A stretch of 64,000 nt of DNA from NCBI GenBank assembly GCA_034421515.1, contig DAOUKH010000019.1, forward strand, positions 14,794 through 78,793, written 5' to 3'. The DNA comes from Dehalococcoidia bacterium (lineage in GTDB: Bacteria > Chloroflexota > Dehalococcoidia > SHYB01). Below are positions 44,892-54,342 of this stretch, one piece after another. Under the pieces are notes generated by a model that was not told the DNA's origin, searched no databases, and saw nothing but the letters and a program-made list of their open reading frames with translations. How positions within the stretch are numbered: position 1 is the stretch's first letter; each line of letters begins with the position of its first letter. Both the position numbers and the translations under genes were made by a program.

Positions 44892-45983
44892 TTAGTTGGG
44901 GAGGTCCATGCGGTACGAGGCGACCGCGTTGCTGTAGGTGATCTTCGCTCGGTGGGCATCGGCGACGCCGTCGAAGAGGCGGTCGATCACGTCGGTGGAC
45001 TCGGGCCAGGTGCTGTCGTCGTGGGGATAGTCGGAGGCCCACATGAATATGTCGGGGCCGACGAGCTCGGTGAGGCCGACGCCGGCGCGGTCCTGCATGA
45101 AGGTGGCGCGCACGTTCCGCTTGAAGTGCTCGCTTGGGAGCATCCCTGAAGGGAAGGGCGGCGCGTGCCGCGAGCCCTTGCGGATGTAGGCGTGGTCCAT
45201 GCGCTCCATCAGGTGCGGCACCCAGCCGATGTCGTTCTCGGCGGAGACGACGGTCACGCCGGGGAAGCGCTCGAAGACGTGAGAGAAGAGGAGCGTGGTG
45301 AGCGACAACTGGATGACGTGCGTGATGCAGGAGTATTTGGCCAGGAAGAGGTCGGAGACGTCGCGCGCCCTGCCGGCGAAGGTGTGCAGGCTGATCGGCA
45401 TGCCGAGGTCTTGGGCCGCCGCCCAGAAGCGGTCGTAGTGGCCGGTGCCGTAGCTGTAGCCGTCCTGCGGCTCGGCCCAAGCCATGCCGCCGGCGAGTCC
45501 CATCGCGGCGCACCGCTGCAGCTCCTCGACGCCGGCCTCGACGTCGTAGAGCGAGATCAGGCCCAAGCCGTAGAGGCGCTTGGGGTTGGTCGCCGCGTAC
45601 TCGGCGACCCAATCGTTGTAGGCGCGGAAGGTGTCGCGCTGCATGGCGGGGTCGTCGAGGCCGAAGAGCCGCATGGCGAAGCTGGGGTAGAGGACTTCGG
45701 CGGCGATGCCGTCCTTGTCCATGTCCACGATGCGGGCCTCGGGGTCCCAGCCGCCGGAGAGTCCCTCCGAGAGCCGCGTCGCGAAGCCGAGCCCGGCCTT
45801 GGCGGGCGAGATGAAGCCGCCGACGACGGCGGGGCCGGAGACGCCGTTGACCTCGAACTTGGCGCCCTCGGCGTCCTCGGTCAGACGGGGAGCGCGGCCC
45901 TCGTATTCGGGGCCGAGCCGCGACGTCCAGAGGTCGGGCGGCTCGACGACGTGAGAGTCCGCGGAAACGATGCTCGAGCCCAT
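44892..45983 (-). CDS. amidohydrolase_2 family protein (ACMSD/LigW-like metal hydrolase-decarboxylase fold), paralog 1
   Basis: MGSSIVSADSHVVEPPDLW...; a C-terminal ...MWASDYPHDDSTWP... metal-binding signature. Confidence 0.85.
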   Translation of the reverse strand: MGSSIVSADSHVVEPPDLWTSRLGPEYEGRAPRLTEDAEGAKFEVNGVSGPAVVGGFISPAKAGLGFATRLSEGLSGGWDPEARIVDMDKDGIAAEVLYPSFAMRLFGLDDPAMQRDTFRAYNDWVAEYAATNPKRLYGLGLISLYDVEAGVEELQRCAAMGLAGGMAWAEPQDGYSYGTGHYDRFWAAAQDLGMPISLHTFAGRARDVSDLFLAKYSCITHVIQLSLTTLLFSHVFERFPGVTVVSAENDIGWVPHLMERMDHAYIRKGSRHAPPFPSGMLPSEHFKRNVRATFMQDRAGVGLTELVGPDIFMWASDYPHDDSTWPESTDVIDRLFDGVADAHRAKITYSNAVASYRMDLPN

Positions 45984-46193
45984 GCGCGTACTCCGTGGGC
46001 CGCCGAACCGAGGCGCCGGTGCGGGGCCGTTTTCGCCCTTCTCAAAGGGAAGAAGCGGTGCCGCAATTCTGGTGTGGGGCCTTGCCGCTGTCAAGAACGG
46101 CGACGGTTGCCTGTAAGCCCTTGCTTGTAAGATAGAGGCCGCGCCGGGCGCGACGCCCGGACAAGGAGGCGCCGTGGCGCACCGCTATCGCTC

Positions 46194-47417
46194 GTGCAAG
46201 GCCGGACCGCGGTGAGCGCGCTGGAAGGTCTGCGCGTCCTCGACCTGTCGCGCGTGCTCGCCGGTCCGTTCGCCACGCAGATGTTCGCCGACCTCGGCGC
46301 CGAGGTGTGGAAGGTCGAGCCGCTGTGGGGCGACGAGACCCGGGCCTGGGGGCCGCCCTTCACCGACGGCGAGAGCGCCTACTACCTCTCGACGAACCGC
46401 GGCAAGCAGAGCCTCGCGGTGAACCTCAAGGATGAGCGGGGAAGCGGCCTGGTGCGCCGCCTCGCCGCCAAGGCCGATGTCTTCGTGGAGAACTACAAGA
46501 CCGGCGACCTGGCCCGCTTCGGCCTCGACTACGACACCCTGTCCGACGGCCACCCCGAGCTGATCTATGTCTCGATCACCGGCTTCGGACAGACGGGGCC
46601 GCGGGCCGCCGAGCCCGGCTACGACGCCGCCCTGCAGGGCATGTCGGGGATCATGAGCGTGACCGGCGAGCCCGGCGGCCCGCCCATGAAGGTCGGCGTG
46701 GCATGGATCGACGTGATCACCGGCCTGACCGCCACGGCGGGCGTCCTCGCTGCCTACGTGGAGCGGCTGCGCGGCGGCGCCGGTCAGCGCATCGACCTGT
46801 CCCTGTTCGACGTGGGCTTCATGGCGATGGCGAACCAGGGCCAGAGCTACCTGGCGACCGGCGAACCGCCCGGCCCGCTCGGCAGCGCCCACCCGCAGAT
46901 CGTGCCCTACCAGGCGTTCGAGGCCTCCGACGGCTGGCTCATGCTCGCCGTGGGCAACGACCGCCAGTACCAGCGCGCCGTCGAGGCGCTCGGCGAGCCG
47001 GCGCTGTGGGACGACGAACGCTTCCAGACCAACGCGGGCAGGGTGGCGCACCGCGACGAGCTCGTTCCCAAGATCGCGGCATCGATCGCGGCCCGCACCA
47101 AGGACGACTGCATGCGGCTCTTCAACGAGGCGGGCGTGCCCGCGACGCCGATCAACAACCTCCGCGAGGTGCTCGCCGACCCCCAGGCCGACGCGCGGGG
47201 GCTCGTCTGGGAGCAGGCCCACCCGAAGCTGGGCAGCGTGCCGCTCGCGGCCAACGCCCTCCAGCACATGAGCCGTACGCCGGCGCGGCCCTCGTCGCAC
47301 CCGCCGCTGCTCGGGGAGCATTCGCGAAGCCTGCTCGCCCGCGAGCTCGGCCTTGGCGCCGGCGAGATCGACGCGCTGGAGGCCGACGGGGTGCTCAAGA
47401 CCGCCGGCGGGGGCTGA
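46194..47417 (+). CDS. CaiB/BaiF family (class III) CoA-transferase
   Basis: LEGLRVLDLSRVLAGPFATQMFADLGAEVWKVEP. GTG start at 46194 or 46212. Confidence 0.9.
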   Translation: MQGRTAVSALEGLRVLDLSRVLAGPFATQMFADLGAEVWKVEPLWGDETRAWGPPFTDGESAYYLSTNRGKQSLAVNLKDERGSGLVRRLAAKADVFVENYKTGDLARFGLDYDTLSDGHPELIYVSITGFGQTGPRAAEPGYDAALQGMSGIMSVTGEPGGPPMKVGVAWIDVITGLTATAGVLAAYVERLRGGAGQRIDLSLFDVGFMAMANQGQSYLATGEPPGPLGSAHPQIVPYQAFEASDGWLMLAVGNDRQYQRAVEALGEPALWDDERFQTNAGRVAHRDELVPKIAASIAARTKDDCMRLFNEAGVPATPINNLREVLADPQADARGLVWEQAHPKLGSVPLAANALQHMSRTPARPSSHPPLLGEHSRSLLARELGLGAGEIDALEADGVLKTAGGG

Positions 47418-48126
47418 ACCGCAACCGCAGCAGGTGGCGCAGGTAGTGGACCTGCTCGCGGAGGCCGAGCTTGCTCGTCCCGTGCTGCCGCGTCTCGAAG
47501 GTGTAGGGGACGGCGGCGACGCGCTTCACCGCGCCTCGGGCCAGGACTTCGAGCAGGATCTTGTAGCCCAATGGGTCGAGCGGCGCGCCGTCGACGACCT
47601 CACGGCGCAGCAGAAAGTAGCCCGACATCGGGTCGGGCGTCAGGCGCGCCGCGGGTACGATGAGCCGCCCCAGCAGCGTGGCCCCCAACGACACCACCCG
47701 CCGCGGCAGGCTCCACGCGCCCACACCGCCCCCCGGCACGTAGCGGCAGGCGACGGCGACGTCGGCCTCCCCGGCCGCCGCCAGCAGGCTGGGCAGGACC
47801 TCCGGCGGGTGCTGCAGGTCGGCGTCGATGACCGCGACATAACGCGACCGGCTCCGCCGGATGCCCTCGACGACCGCCGAGGCGAGCCCCCGCTCTCCCT
47901 TCCGCACGATCACGTCGACCGGGTAGCGCTCGCCGAGCGCGCGCGCCGCCTCGGCGGTGCCGTCGGGACTGTCGTCGTCGACGATGACGACGCGGTAGCG
48001 CGCGCCCGCGAGCGCGGCGTCGATGCGCTCGACGAGCGGTTGCAGGTTGTCCCGTTCCTCGTACGTGGGAACGACGACGGCCAGTTCGGGCGGCTCTCCG
48101 TTGGGGTCCATCGCGAGGGCGGCCAT
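47395..48126 (-). CDS. family 2 glycosyltransferase (polyprenol-phosphate mannose/glucose synthase-like)
   Basis: LAVVVPTYEERDNL......I.......Y.VVIVDDDSPDGT...A......; DADLQHPPE motif. Confidence 0.85.
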   Translation of the reverse strand: MAALAMDPNGEPPELAVVVPTYEERDNLQPLVERIDAALAGARYRVVIVDDDSPDGTAEAARALGERYPVDVIVRKGERGLASAVVEGIRRSRSRYVAVIDADLQHPPEVLPSLLAAAGEADVAVACRYVPGGGVGAWSLPRRVVSLGATLLGRLIVPAARLTPDPMSGYFLLRREVVDGAPLDPLGYKILLEVLARGAVKRVAAVPYTFETRQHGTSKLGLREQVHYLRHLLRLRFSPRRRS

Positions 48127-48190
48127 TCTACACCGCGCCGGTTGCTTGCTCCTGGCGATGGGCTCCCCCTCCCGCGCATTCGTGGCGCAC

Positions 48191-48322
48191 TCACGTCGAA
48201 AAAACGCTCATGGCGCTCACGAACGCTCACGACGCCCACCTGTAGCGCGTTCACGAACGTTCACGAACGCTCACGACCTCTCACCTGTAGCGCGTTCACG
48301 AACGCTCACGACTTCCACGACC
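48191..48322. repeat. helically phased TCACGA(A)C direct-repeat array
   Basis: TCAC-type units start at 48217, 48227, (48237), 48251, 48261, 48271, 48281, 48296 and 48306, mostly 10 bp apart. A larger unit, (C/T)CACCTGTAGCGCGTTCACGAACG, repeats 45 bp apart (48236 and 48281). Confidence 0.85.
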
Positions 48323-48419
48323 CAGACCCGTGATTGCCCCCGGCGTTGGGGGCGGGTATGCTGCCCCGGGGCGCGCTAGGGCGCGTCGACTCAGGCACAG
48401 CATTCGCACGGGAGGCGAC

Positions 48420-49328
48420 ATGTCCGACTACCGATTCGTAACCTATGAGACCCTCGAAGAGGGCCGGATCGCGCGCATCATGATGAACCGGCCGAAGCAG
48501 CGGAACGCCCAGAACCGCGGCCTGCTCGTCGAGTTGAACGACGCCTTCCTGAAGGCCGAGGCCGACGACGAGGTGCGCGTGGTCATCCTGGGCGGCGTCG
48601 GCCCCGCCTTCTCGGCAGGCCACGACCTCGGCTCCTCCGACGCACGCGCCGAGCGGGCCCCCGGCCCCGACCAGCACTACACCATGCAGGCGTACGGCGG
48701 CACGAAGGTGGGCGCCGAGCAGCGCACCCTCCAGGAGTGGCACTTCTTCTTCGACAACACGCGCCGCTGGCGCAACCTCCGCAAGATCACCATCGCCCAG
48801 GTGCAGGGCAACTGCCTCGCGGCCGGCCTGATGCTGGCGTGGTGCTGCGACCTCATCGTCGCCGCCGACAACGCCGTCTTCGCCGACGTCGTGGGCACGC
48901 GCCTCGGCATGTGCGGCCTCGAATACTTCGCCCACCCCTGGGAGTTCGGCGTCCGCAAGACGAAGGAGCTCATGCTCACCGGCGACTCCATCGACGCCGA
49001 GGAGGCCTACCGGCTGGGCATGGTGAGCAAGGTCTTCAAGCTGGACGACCTGGAGCAGCAGACGCTGGCCTTCGCCAGCCGGATCGCCAGCCTGCCGTCG
49101 ATGACGTCGCTGATGATCAAGGAGTCGGTGAACGAGACGCAGGACAACCAGGGCTTCTATAACGCGCTGAGCGCCTGCTTCACGCTCCACCAGTTGAACC
49201 ATGCCCACTGGTCGGAGGTGAGCAAGGGCGAGATCGCCGCCGCGCGTCCTGAGGACGGCATCCCCCACTGGCGCGAGGCGCCCCCGGTGAAGCCGGCGGT
49301 GAAGACGATGGCCGAGGCGAGCGTCTAG
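48420..49328 (+). CDS. enoyl-CoA hydratase/isomerase (crotonase) family protein
   Basis: ATG 48420 follows GGGAGG. ...GRIARIMMNRPKQRNAQN..L..EL.DAF..AE.DDEVRVVILGG.GPAFSAGHDL. Confidence 0.9.
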   Translation: MSDYRFVTYETLEEGRIARIMMNRPKQRNAQNRGLLVELNDAFLKAEADDEVRVVILGGVGPAFSAGHDLGSSDARAERAPGPDQHYTMQAYGGTKVGAEQRTLQEWHFFFDNTRRWRNLRKITIAQVQGNCLAAGLMLAWCCDLIVAADNAVFADVVGTRLGMCGLEYFAHPWEFGVRKTKELMLTGDSIDAEEAYRLGMVSKVFKLDDLEQQTLAFASRIASLPSMTSLMIKESVNETQDNQGFYNALSACFTLHQLNHAHWSEVSKGEIAAARPEDGIPHWREAPPVKPAVKTMAEASV

Positions 49329-49341
49329 CCGAGAACGCCGC

Positions 49342-49992
49342 CTAGAAGACTTCGGTCTCCTCGGTCGGCGGCTTCTCGTCGATGCGGTCGGGGCAGTCGG
49401 CCGCGGTGATTTCGCAGAAGCCGCACTCCCAGTGGCTGGGGGTCTTGCGCGGGGCGGCCTCGGCGGCCAGCCGCTCGATCAGGGCGACGGTCTTGGCCTG
49501 GAAGTCGTCGTCGATGGCGTCGGCGGGGATGTCGACGGCGTGATCGGCGTAGACGACGCGACCTTCGAGCGCGGTGTCGCGGTACCGCGGTTTCGCTAAC
49601 GGCAGCGCCCACATGTAGAGCATGACCTGGGCAGTGTCGGCGGCGTTGGGCTCGCCGGTCTTGACGTCGTGGACGACGGTGCGCTCTTCCCCGATGGAGA
49701 CGAGGTCGGGCTGGCCGGACAGGGTGGCGGCTCGCCCGCGGACTCTGAAGTGGTTCTGCTGCTCGGCGAGGACCTCCGCTCCCTCGGCTTCCAGCCGGTC
49801 GCGCTCGTCCTTGACCATGGCGGCATGGCGCATGGTCCAAGCGGCGAGGTCGAAGTCGGTGGGGGTCTTCTTCCAGCTCCAGCCCTCGTGCTGCGTCTTG
49901 AACCAGGACGCCCACTCGCAGGAGCGCGTCCCCGCCAGGAGGCGCGCCATCCAGGTCACGTAGATGTAGGGCTTACCGCGTAGCTCGGCCAT
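49342..49992 (-). CDS. Cas4-like PD-(D/E)XK nuclease with four-Cys cluster (stand-alone)
   Basis: One N-terminal Cys (RSCEW) plus a C-terminal C-x2-C-x6-C (HWECGFCEITAADC). Catalytic-type motifs QPDLV ... VHDVKTG ... TAQVMLY (QhxxY). Confidence 0.65.
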   Translation of the reverse strand: MAELRGKPYIYVTWMARLLAGTRSCEWASWFKTQHEGWSWKKTPTDFDLAAWTMRHAAMVKDERDRLEAEGAEVLAEQQNHFRVRGRAATLSGQPDLVSIGEERTVVHDVKTGEPNAADTAQVMLYMWALPLAKPRYRDTALEGRVVYADHAVDIPADAIDDDFQAKTVALIERLAAEAAPRKTPSHWECGFCEITAADCPDRIDEKPPTEETEVF

Positions 49993-50040
49993 GGTGTCGT
50001 CCTTGGAGAAGGTCGCCGCCGGGTGAGGGTGGCGGAGGCT

Positions 50041-51453
50041 TTACTTGAGGCTGATGATGCCTAGGCCGTCCCGGATTTCTACCGTCGTGCCGAAGGGTTT
50101 GGAGACTTCCACGGAGTAGTTGAGCACCCGGTCGGAGAGGGGGCTTCCGGGCTCCGGCATCAGGGGGAGTCCGCGGCGGAAGCGGGGGCCGGAGGAGGGC
50201 TCCAGGGGCTGAATCCGAATCTCCTTCAGGTCGAACTGGTGGTCGAAGACGCAGAGGTGGACGGCGGTGCCTCCGGAGCTCTGCCGCTCCGAGGCGCCGG
50301 GGCCGAACTCGCGGGCCGCCGCCGCCGCTTCGGCCCGGATGTCCAGGAAGTCCCCGGCCAACCCGTCGGCGCCGGCTCCGACGCGAGACATGAAGGAGCT
50401 GGGGACGTGGGTCACCGCCTCGGTCTGCAAGAAGAGGCTTGGCTGGCCATAGATGAGGGCCTTGCCCTTGTAGATCTCGACTCCCCGGTGCTCGCCGGCA
50501 TTGCAGAAGTAGATGTCGGCGCCGGCGTCGATGACGCCGTGAGAAAAGGTGTCGATGTAGGGGTGGATGCCCAAGCCGTGGCTCTGGTCGTGCAGGGCGA
50601 CTACGACGATGTCGGCCTGCTTTCGGGCTTCACGAACGTGCTTGTAGATGCGGTCGAGGTCTTCCTGGTAGGGGAAGGGGGCGTTGCCGGGCGGGTCGCC
50701 GACCATGAACTTCCTGCCCAGGAAGAAGAACTCTGTTTCCGTGTCCTCCTCCCAGCCGAAGTTCGTCTGCGGACCGATCAGCGGGGCGCTTCTGGAACCG
50801 CCGCCATGGCGTCGGAGGAGCTTTTCGTGCTCCCATCCGAGGTCTTCGCTGATCCGGCGCAGGGCATTGATGGCATCCTCGCTCACCACGTGGGCGGTGT
50901 CGTAGCGGAGGAGGTTGACTCCGGGCCGGCTCTTGAAGGGAGGGAGGTTATCGGCGGGCAAGTAGCCGTGGGGCCAAGGAAAGACGAGTCCCATGTTCGC
51001 CCTGGGGCCGTAGTCGCAGGCGGCGAGGAAGGCAACGCGCGCGCCGGTCGGGGTGTCGTAGTAGCAGGCCTCGGAGGCCTCGGTGAGGCTTGCCCCTATT
51101 CCGGCATAGGGCATCCCGGCGCGTTTCAGGTAGCCGATCATGGTCAGGATGCCGTTCTCGCCGAAGTCCGAGACGTGGTTGTTGCCGGCGCAGAGGGCAT
51201 TCACGCCGAGGAACTTCAACTCGTCGATCATGCTCGGGGGCGCGGCCATGTAGGTGGCGTGCGAGCCCATTCCCGCGGTGAACGCGGGCCAGTCCTCGCC
51301 GTCCTGAATCACGCACTCGAGGTTCGTCGTGGTGCAGTCGGCCTGCCGCAAGAGATCCACGACTTTCAGGAACCGCTCGTTGCGGTAGCCGGATATCGGT
51401 TGCGCCACGTACGTGTTGCCGGTTAGCGCCAGCGTCGTCTCGCCGTCTGCCAC
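50041..51453 (-). CDS. CapA-family (PGA_cap metallophosphatase-like) protein
   Basis: GTG 51453 follows AAGGGGG. ...LTGNTYV...DCTTTNLECV...FLGVNALCAGNNHVSDFGENG...Y.GIG... is the CapA N-terminal pattern. Confidence 0.75.
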   Translation of the reverse strand: MADGETTLALTGNTYVAQPISGYRNERFLKVVDLLRQADCTTTNLECVIQDGEDWPAFTAGMGSHATYMAAPPSMIDELKFLGVNALCAGNNHVSDFGENGILTMIGYLKRAGMPYAGIGASLTEASEACYYDTPTGARVAFLAACDYGPRANMGLVFPWPHGYLPADNLPPFKSRPGVNLLRYDTAHVVSEDAINALRRISEDLGWEHEKLLRRHGGGSRSAPLIGPQTNFGWEEDTETEFFFLGRKFMVGDPPGNAPFPYQEDLDRIYKHVREARKQADIVVVALHDQSHGLGIHPYIDTFSHGVIDAGADIYFCNAGEHRGVEIYKGKALIYGQPSLFLQTEAVTHVPSSFMSRVGAGADGLAGDFLDIRAEAAAAAREFGPGASERQSSGGTAVHLCVFDHQFDLKEIRIQPLEPSSGPRFRRGLPLMPEPGSPLSDRVLNYSVEVSKPFGTTVEIRDGLGIISLK

Positions 51454-51479
51454 GGATACCCCCTTCAGAGACTTTTGCG

Positions 51480-51735
51480 TAGCCTTGAACCGAGTGGGGG
51501 AGCAGCGCCCTGCGGGCGCTCGCGCGCCTGATGGCGCGCGCCCTCTCTCAAATCTCCCCCAGAGGGGGAGAGGGAAGACCACCCCGCTCCGCCCGTCTTC
51601 CAACCATCGGCGAGGTTACGCAAAGGTCTCCAGAGGGGGAGAGGGAAGACCACCCCGCTCCACCCGTTTTCCAACCATCGATGGGAGTTGTGCAAAGGTC
51701 TCCTTCAGTCCGGAACGGTCCTCATCGTGAGGCCC
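51480..51735. repeat. interspersed mosaic hairpin repeats, cluster R7 (includes a 2 x ~74-bp tandem copy)
   Basis: 51505-51571 is the reverse complement of 35238-35303. 51553-51626 and 51627-51699 are tandem copies (TCTCC(CC)CAGAGGGGGAGAGGGAAGACCACCCCGCTCC(G/A)CCCGT(C/T)TTCCAACCATCG...GCAAAGGT). Confidence 0.9.
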
Positions 51736-51744
51736 TCTAGCCGG

Positions 51745-52863
51745 CTAGTTGGCCTGTGGAAAGCCGTACACCCGGATGAAGTTGTCCGCCAGGATCGTCT
51801 TCTTCTCGTCCGAGGGCACGCCTTCGAAGTGGCGCTCGATGGTGTTCCAGGAGCGGGGCCAGTCGGTGCCGGTGTGGGCGTAGTCGCTGGACCACATCAT
51901 CTGGGAGAGGCCGATCCAGTGGCGGTTCGCGACGCCGTAGCTGTCGGTGATGAAGGTGAAGAAGAGGTTGTTGTCGAAGTAGTAGCTGGGAGGGTTCTCT
52001 ATGGCGGGACGGCTCTCCGCTTCCAACCTGTGGAAGCGGTCGTCCATTTGCTCCTTCACGTAAGGGACCCAGCCGCAGTCGGTCTCGGCCCAGACGAGCT
52101 TGAGGTTGGGGTAGCGGTCGAGGAGGCCGCTGTTGATGATCTGCTTGGTGCGGAGGGGGGCGTCGAGGTGGCGCATGTCGCCGGTGGCGCCCTTCGCCTT
52201 GGCCCCGGGGGCCGCGGTGCTGAAGGAGACGTGGATGTCGATAGGGATGCCGGCCTCGGCGGCCTCGGCGAAGAACGGCTCGTCCGCATCGGTGATCTCG
52301 AAGCCGCCCGACGGCCAGCGGCTGAGGAGGACGCCGCCGCGCAGGCCGGGCATCTTCGCAACGCGGCGCATCTCCTGGAGGCACTCCTCGATGCCCAGGG
52401 TAGGCATCATGGCGATCCCGCCCAGGCGGGCCGGGTCCGTGCTCGACCACTCGGAGAGCCAGTCGTTGTAGGCCCGAACGAGGGCGAGGTGGAACTCGGG
52501 TTCCTTGTTGGTGAACTGGATGCCGGCGGAGACGCGCGGGGTTGGGTACATGACCGCCGCGCCCACGCCGTCCTCGTCCATGGCCTCCAGGTGGGCGACC
52601 GGGTCGTAGGTGCCTTTGGGCACTTCCTCCCAGAAAACCCACTCGCGTCTGCCTTCGGGGGTGAGACCGCCAGGGGTGCCGCCCAGGACGTTATGGCCGA
52701 AGGTGATGGGGTCGACGGCGCCCTCCATAATCCAGGCGTGGCCCTTCTCGAAGCGCTCCATGTGGGGCGCCCGCTCCTTGTACTTGGCCGGGACCCGGCT
52801 CTGCCATAGATCGGGCGGCTCGATGACATGGCTGTCGCCGTCCATCAGCTTGAACTCGCGCAT
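51745..52863 (-). CDS. amidohydrolase_2 family protein, paralog 2
   Basis: MREFKLMDGDSHVIEPPDLW...; C-terminal ...MWSSDYAHTGTDWP.... Confidence 0.85.
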   Translation of the reverse strand: MREFKLMDGDSHVIEPPDLWQSRVPAKYKERAPHMERFEKGHAWIMEGAVDPITFGHNVLGGTPGGLTPEGRREWVFWEEVPKGTYDPVAHLEAMDEDGVGAAVMYPTPRVSAGIQFTNKEPEFHLALVRAYNDWLSEWSSTDPARLGGIAMMPTLGIEECLQEMRRVAKMPGLRGGVLLSRWPSGGFEITDADEPFFAEAAEAGIPIDIHVSFSTAAPGAKAKGATGDMRHLDAPLRTKQIINSGLLDRYPNLKLVWAETDCGWVPYVKEQMDDRFHRLEAESRPAIENPPSYYFDNNLFFTFITDSYGVANRHWIGLSQMMWSSDYAHTGTDWPRSWNTIERHFEGVPSDEKKTILADNFIRVYGFPQAN

Positions 52864-53008
52864 GCTTCTCCCCCTGCTCCCAAAGACCCTATCGGAATCA
52901 AGTTGATCTTCCACCAGCTAGCCGGCGGCTGCGGCTCTTATAGCACCTTCGGTGCATGCAGGCAATTGAATCGGTCGGCCGGCCTGCCGGATACTCGGAA
53001 TGGGCGGG

Positions 53009-54241
53009 TCACGCCCGCCGAAGCTGGGCGCCCAATAGCCAACCGCTCAATGCGGCGACCGCCGCTCCACCGGCGCCAATCAAGAACGAAGGGAGATAGG
53101 AGTCGGTCCATTGGAAGGTGACCCCGCCGAGCAAGGCGCCGAGTCCTGCCCCAAGGTTGACCGCCAGCAAGATGACCCCGACGGTGGTCCCAAGGATTTG
53201 TTCGCCGACGATGGCCCGGCTGACGATGGTCTGCAGGACCACCGCCCCGCCGAGACCGACGCCATAGATCGCGGCGAAGCAGTAGAGCAAGGCGGTAGAG
53301 GGGAAGGTGGCGAAGAGTCCAACCCCCACTCCCATCACGATGCAGCTTACCGTGAGGAGCTTGCCGAAGTCGGTCCGGTCGGCGATTGCGCCGCCGCCGA
53401 TTCTCCCGGCAATGCTCACGCCGGTGACCACGGAGAGGAGCCCCGCTGCCGCCGCCGCCGAAAGCCCCTCGCCCTGTCCGTGCCTGACGATGTGGAATAT
53501 GAGGAGGCCGGTGCTGATGTTGGCGCTGAAGTAGACGATGCATGCCAGCCAGAGGGCTCGTTGGCGGAGGGCCTGCCGGACCGCCGGCCCGAAGGGCGGC
53601 GATAGCGCCGGCCGGGGGTCGACTTCGCCGCCGGCCGAAGCTTCGGCTCCATAGGGGAGCTTGCCTCCCTCCTCGGGCCGGCGGTGGAGGAATGCGGCGG
53701 CGATGAGCAGGAGCGCGAAGGGGATGAAGCCCAGCAGGCCGAAGGTCCACCGCCAACCGATGCCGTCGGTGAGCAGCGCCGCCATGGGTGAGAAGAGGGC
53801 GGCTCCCGCCTGACCGGCGGAGGAGCCGATGCCCAGGGCCAAGCCTTGGTGCCGGCGAAACCACCGGGCGACGATCGCCAGCAGCGGGCCCACGCCGATG
53901 CCGAATGCCACGCTCCCCAAGAGGCCGAAGCCGACGTAGAGCTGCCATACGTCCGTGGCCACGGCGGACAGCCCATAGCCCGCGAGGTGCAGCAGCGCGA
54001 AGATGGGCAGCACGCGGCGCGGCCCGTACCGGTCGACGGCCATGCCGGCGACGATGAACGAGACCCCCATGACGATCTGGCCGACCGTCGCCGCCCCGGC
54101 GATAGAAACCGTGCTCCACCCGGCCTCTTCCTCCAACGGCGTGTAGAGGACGGCATAGGACGCCCGCGATCCGTTAAGGGAGAAGAGGACAGCAAACGCC
54201 AGCGCCAGGACCCACCAGGCGGGGTGTATCCGGTGGATCAA
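53009..54241 (-). CDS. MFS transporter
   Basis: 410 aa, about 12 TM segments, TTG start. Confidence 0.8.
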   Translation of the reverse strand: MIHRIHPAWWVLALAFAVLFSLNGSRASYAVLYTPLEEEAGWSTVSIAGAATVGQIVMGVSFIVAGMAVDRYGPRRVLPIFALLHLAGYGLSAVATDVWQLYVGFGLLGSVAFGIGVGPLLAIVARWFRRHQGLALGIGSSAGQAGAALFSPMAALLTDGIGWRWTFGLLGFIPFALLLIAAAFLHRRPEEGGKLPYGAEASAGGEVDPRPALSPPFGPAVRQALRQRALWLACIVYFSANISTGLLIFHIVRHGQGEGLSAAAAAGLLSVVTGVSIAGRIGGGAIADRTDFGKLLTVSCIVMGVGVGLFATFPSTALLYCFAAIYGVGLGGAVVLQTIVSRAIVGEQILGTTVGVILLAVNLGAGLGALLGGVTFQWTDSYLPSFLIGAGGAAVAALSGWLLGAQLRRA

Positions 54242-54291
54242 AGTAAGGTGCCGTGGCTAAGGCGCGTCGGAATATTCCTCGGTAGCAACGT

Positions 54292-54323
54292 GAGGGCTGC
54301 CGTCCTCGGGAACGGCAGCCCTC
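54292..54323 (-). terminator. stem-loop between the SBP gene and the MFS gene
   Basis: GAGGGCTGCCGT-CCTCGGGA-ACGGCAGCCCTC (12-bp stem). There is no clear U-tract, so it may act as an attenuator or RNA-stability element. Confidence 0.5.
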
Positions 54324-54342
54324 GTGTGCTCTCTATCGTGGG

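Noticed and set aside
44851-45612. N-terminal 254-codon extension of the CoA-transferase ORF (43660..45612)
   Set aside because: The extension overlaps the amidohydrolase gene in another frame and is Arg/Pro/His-rich. The family-typical N-terminus (MAAPLDGIKILDLT) with a GGGAGG ribosome-binding site starts at 44850.
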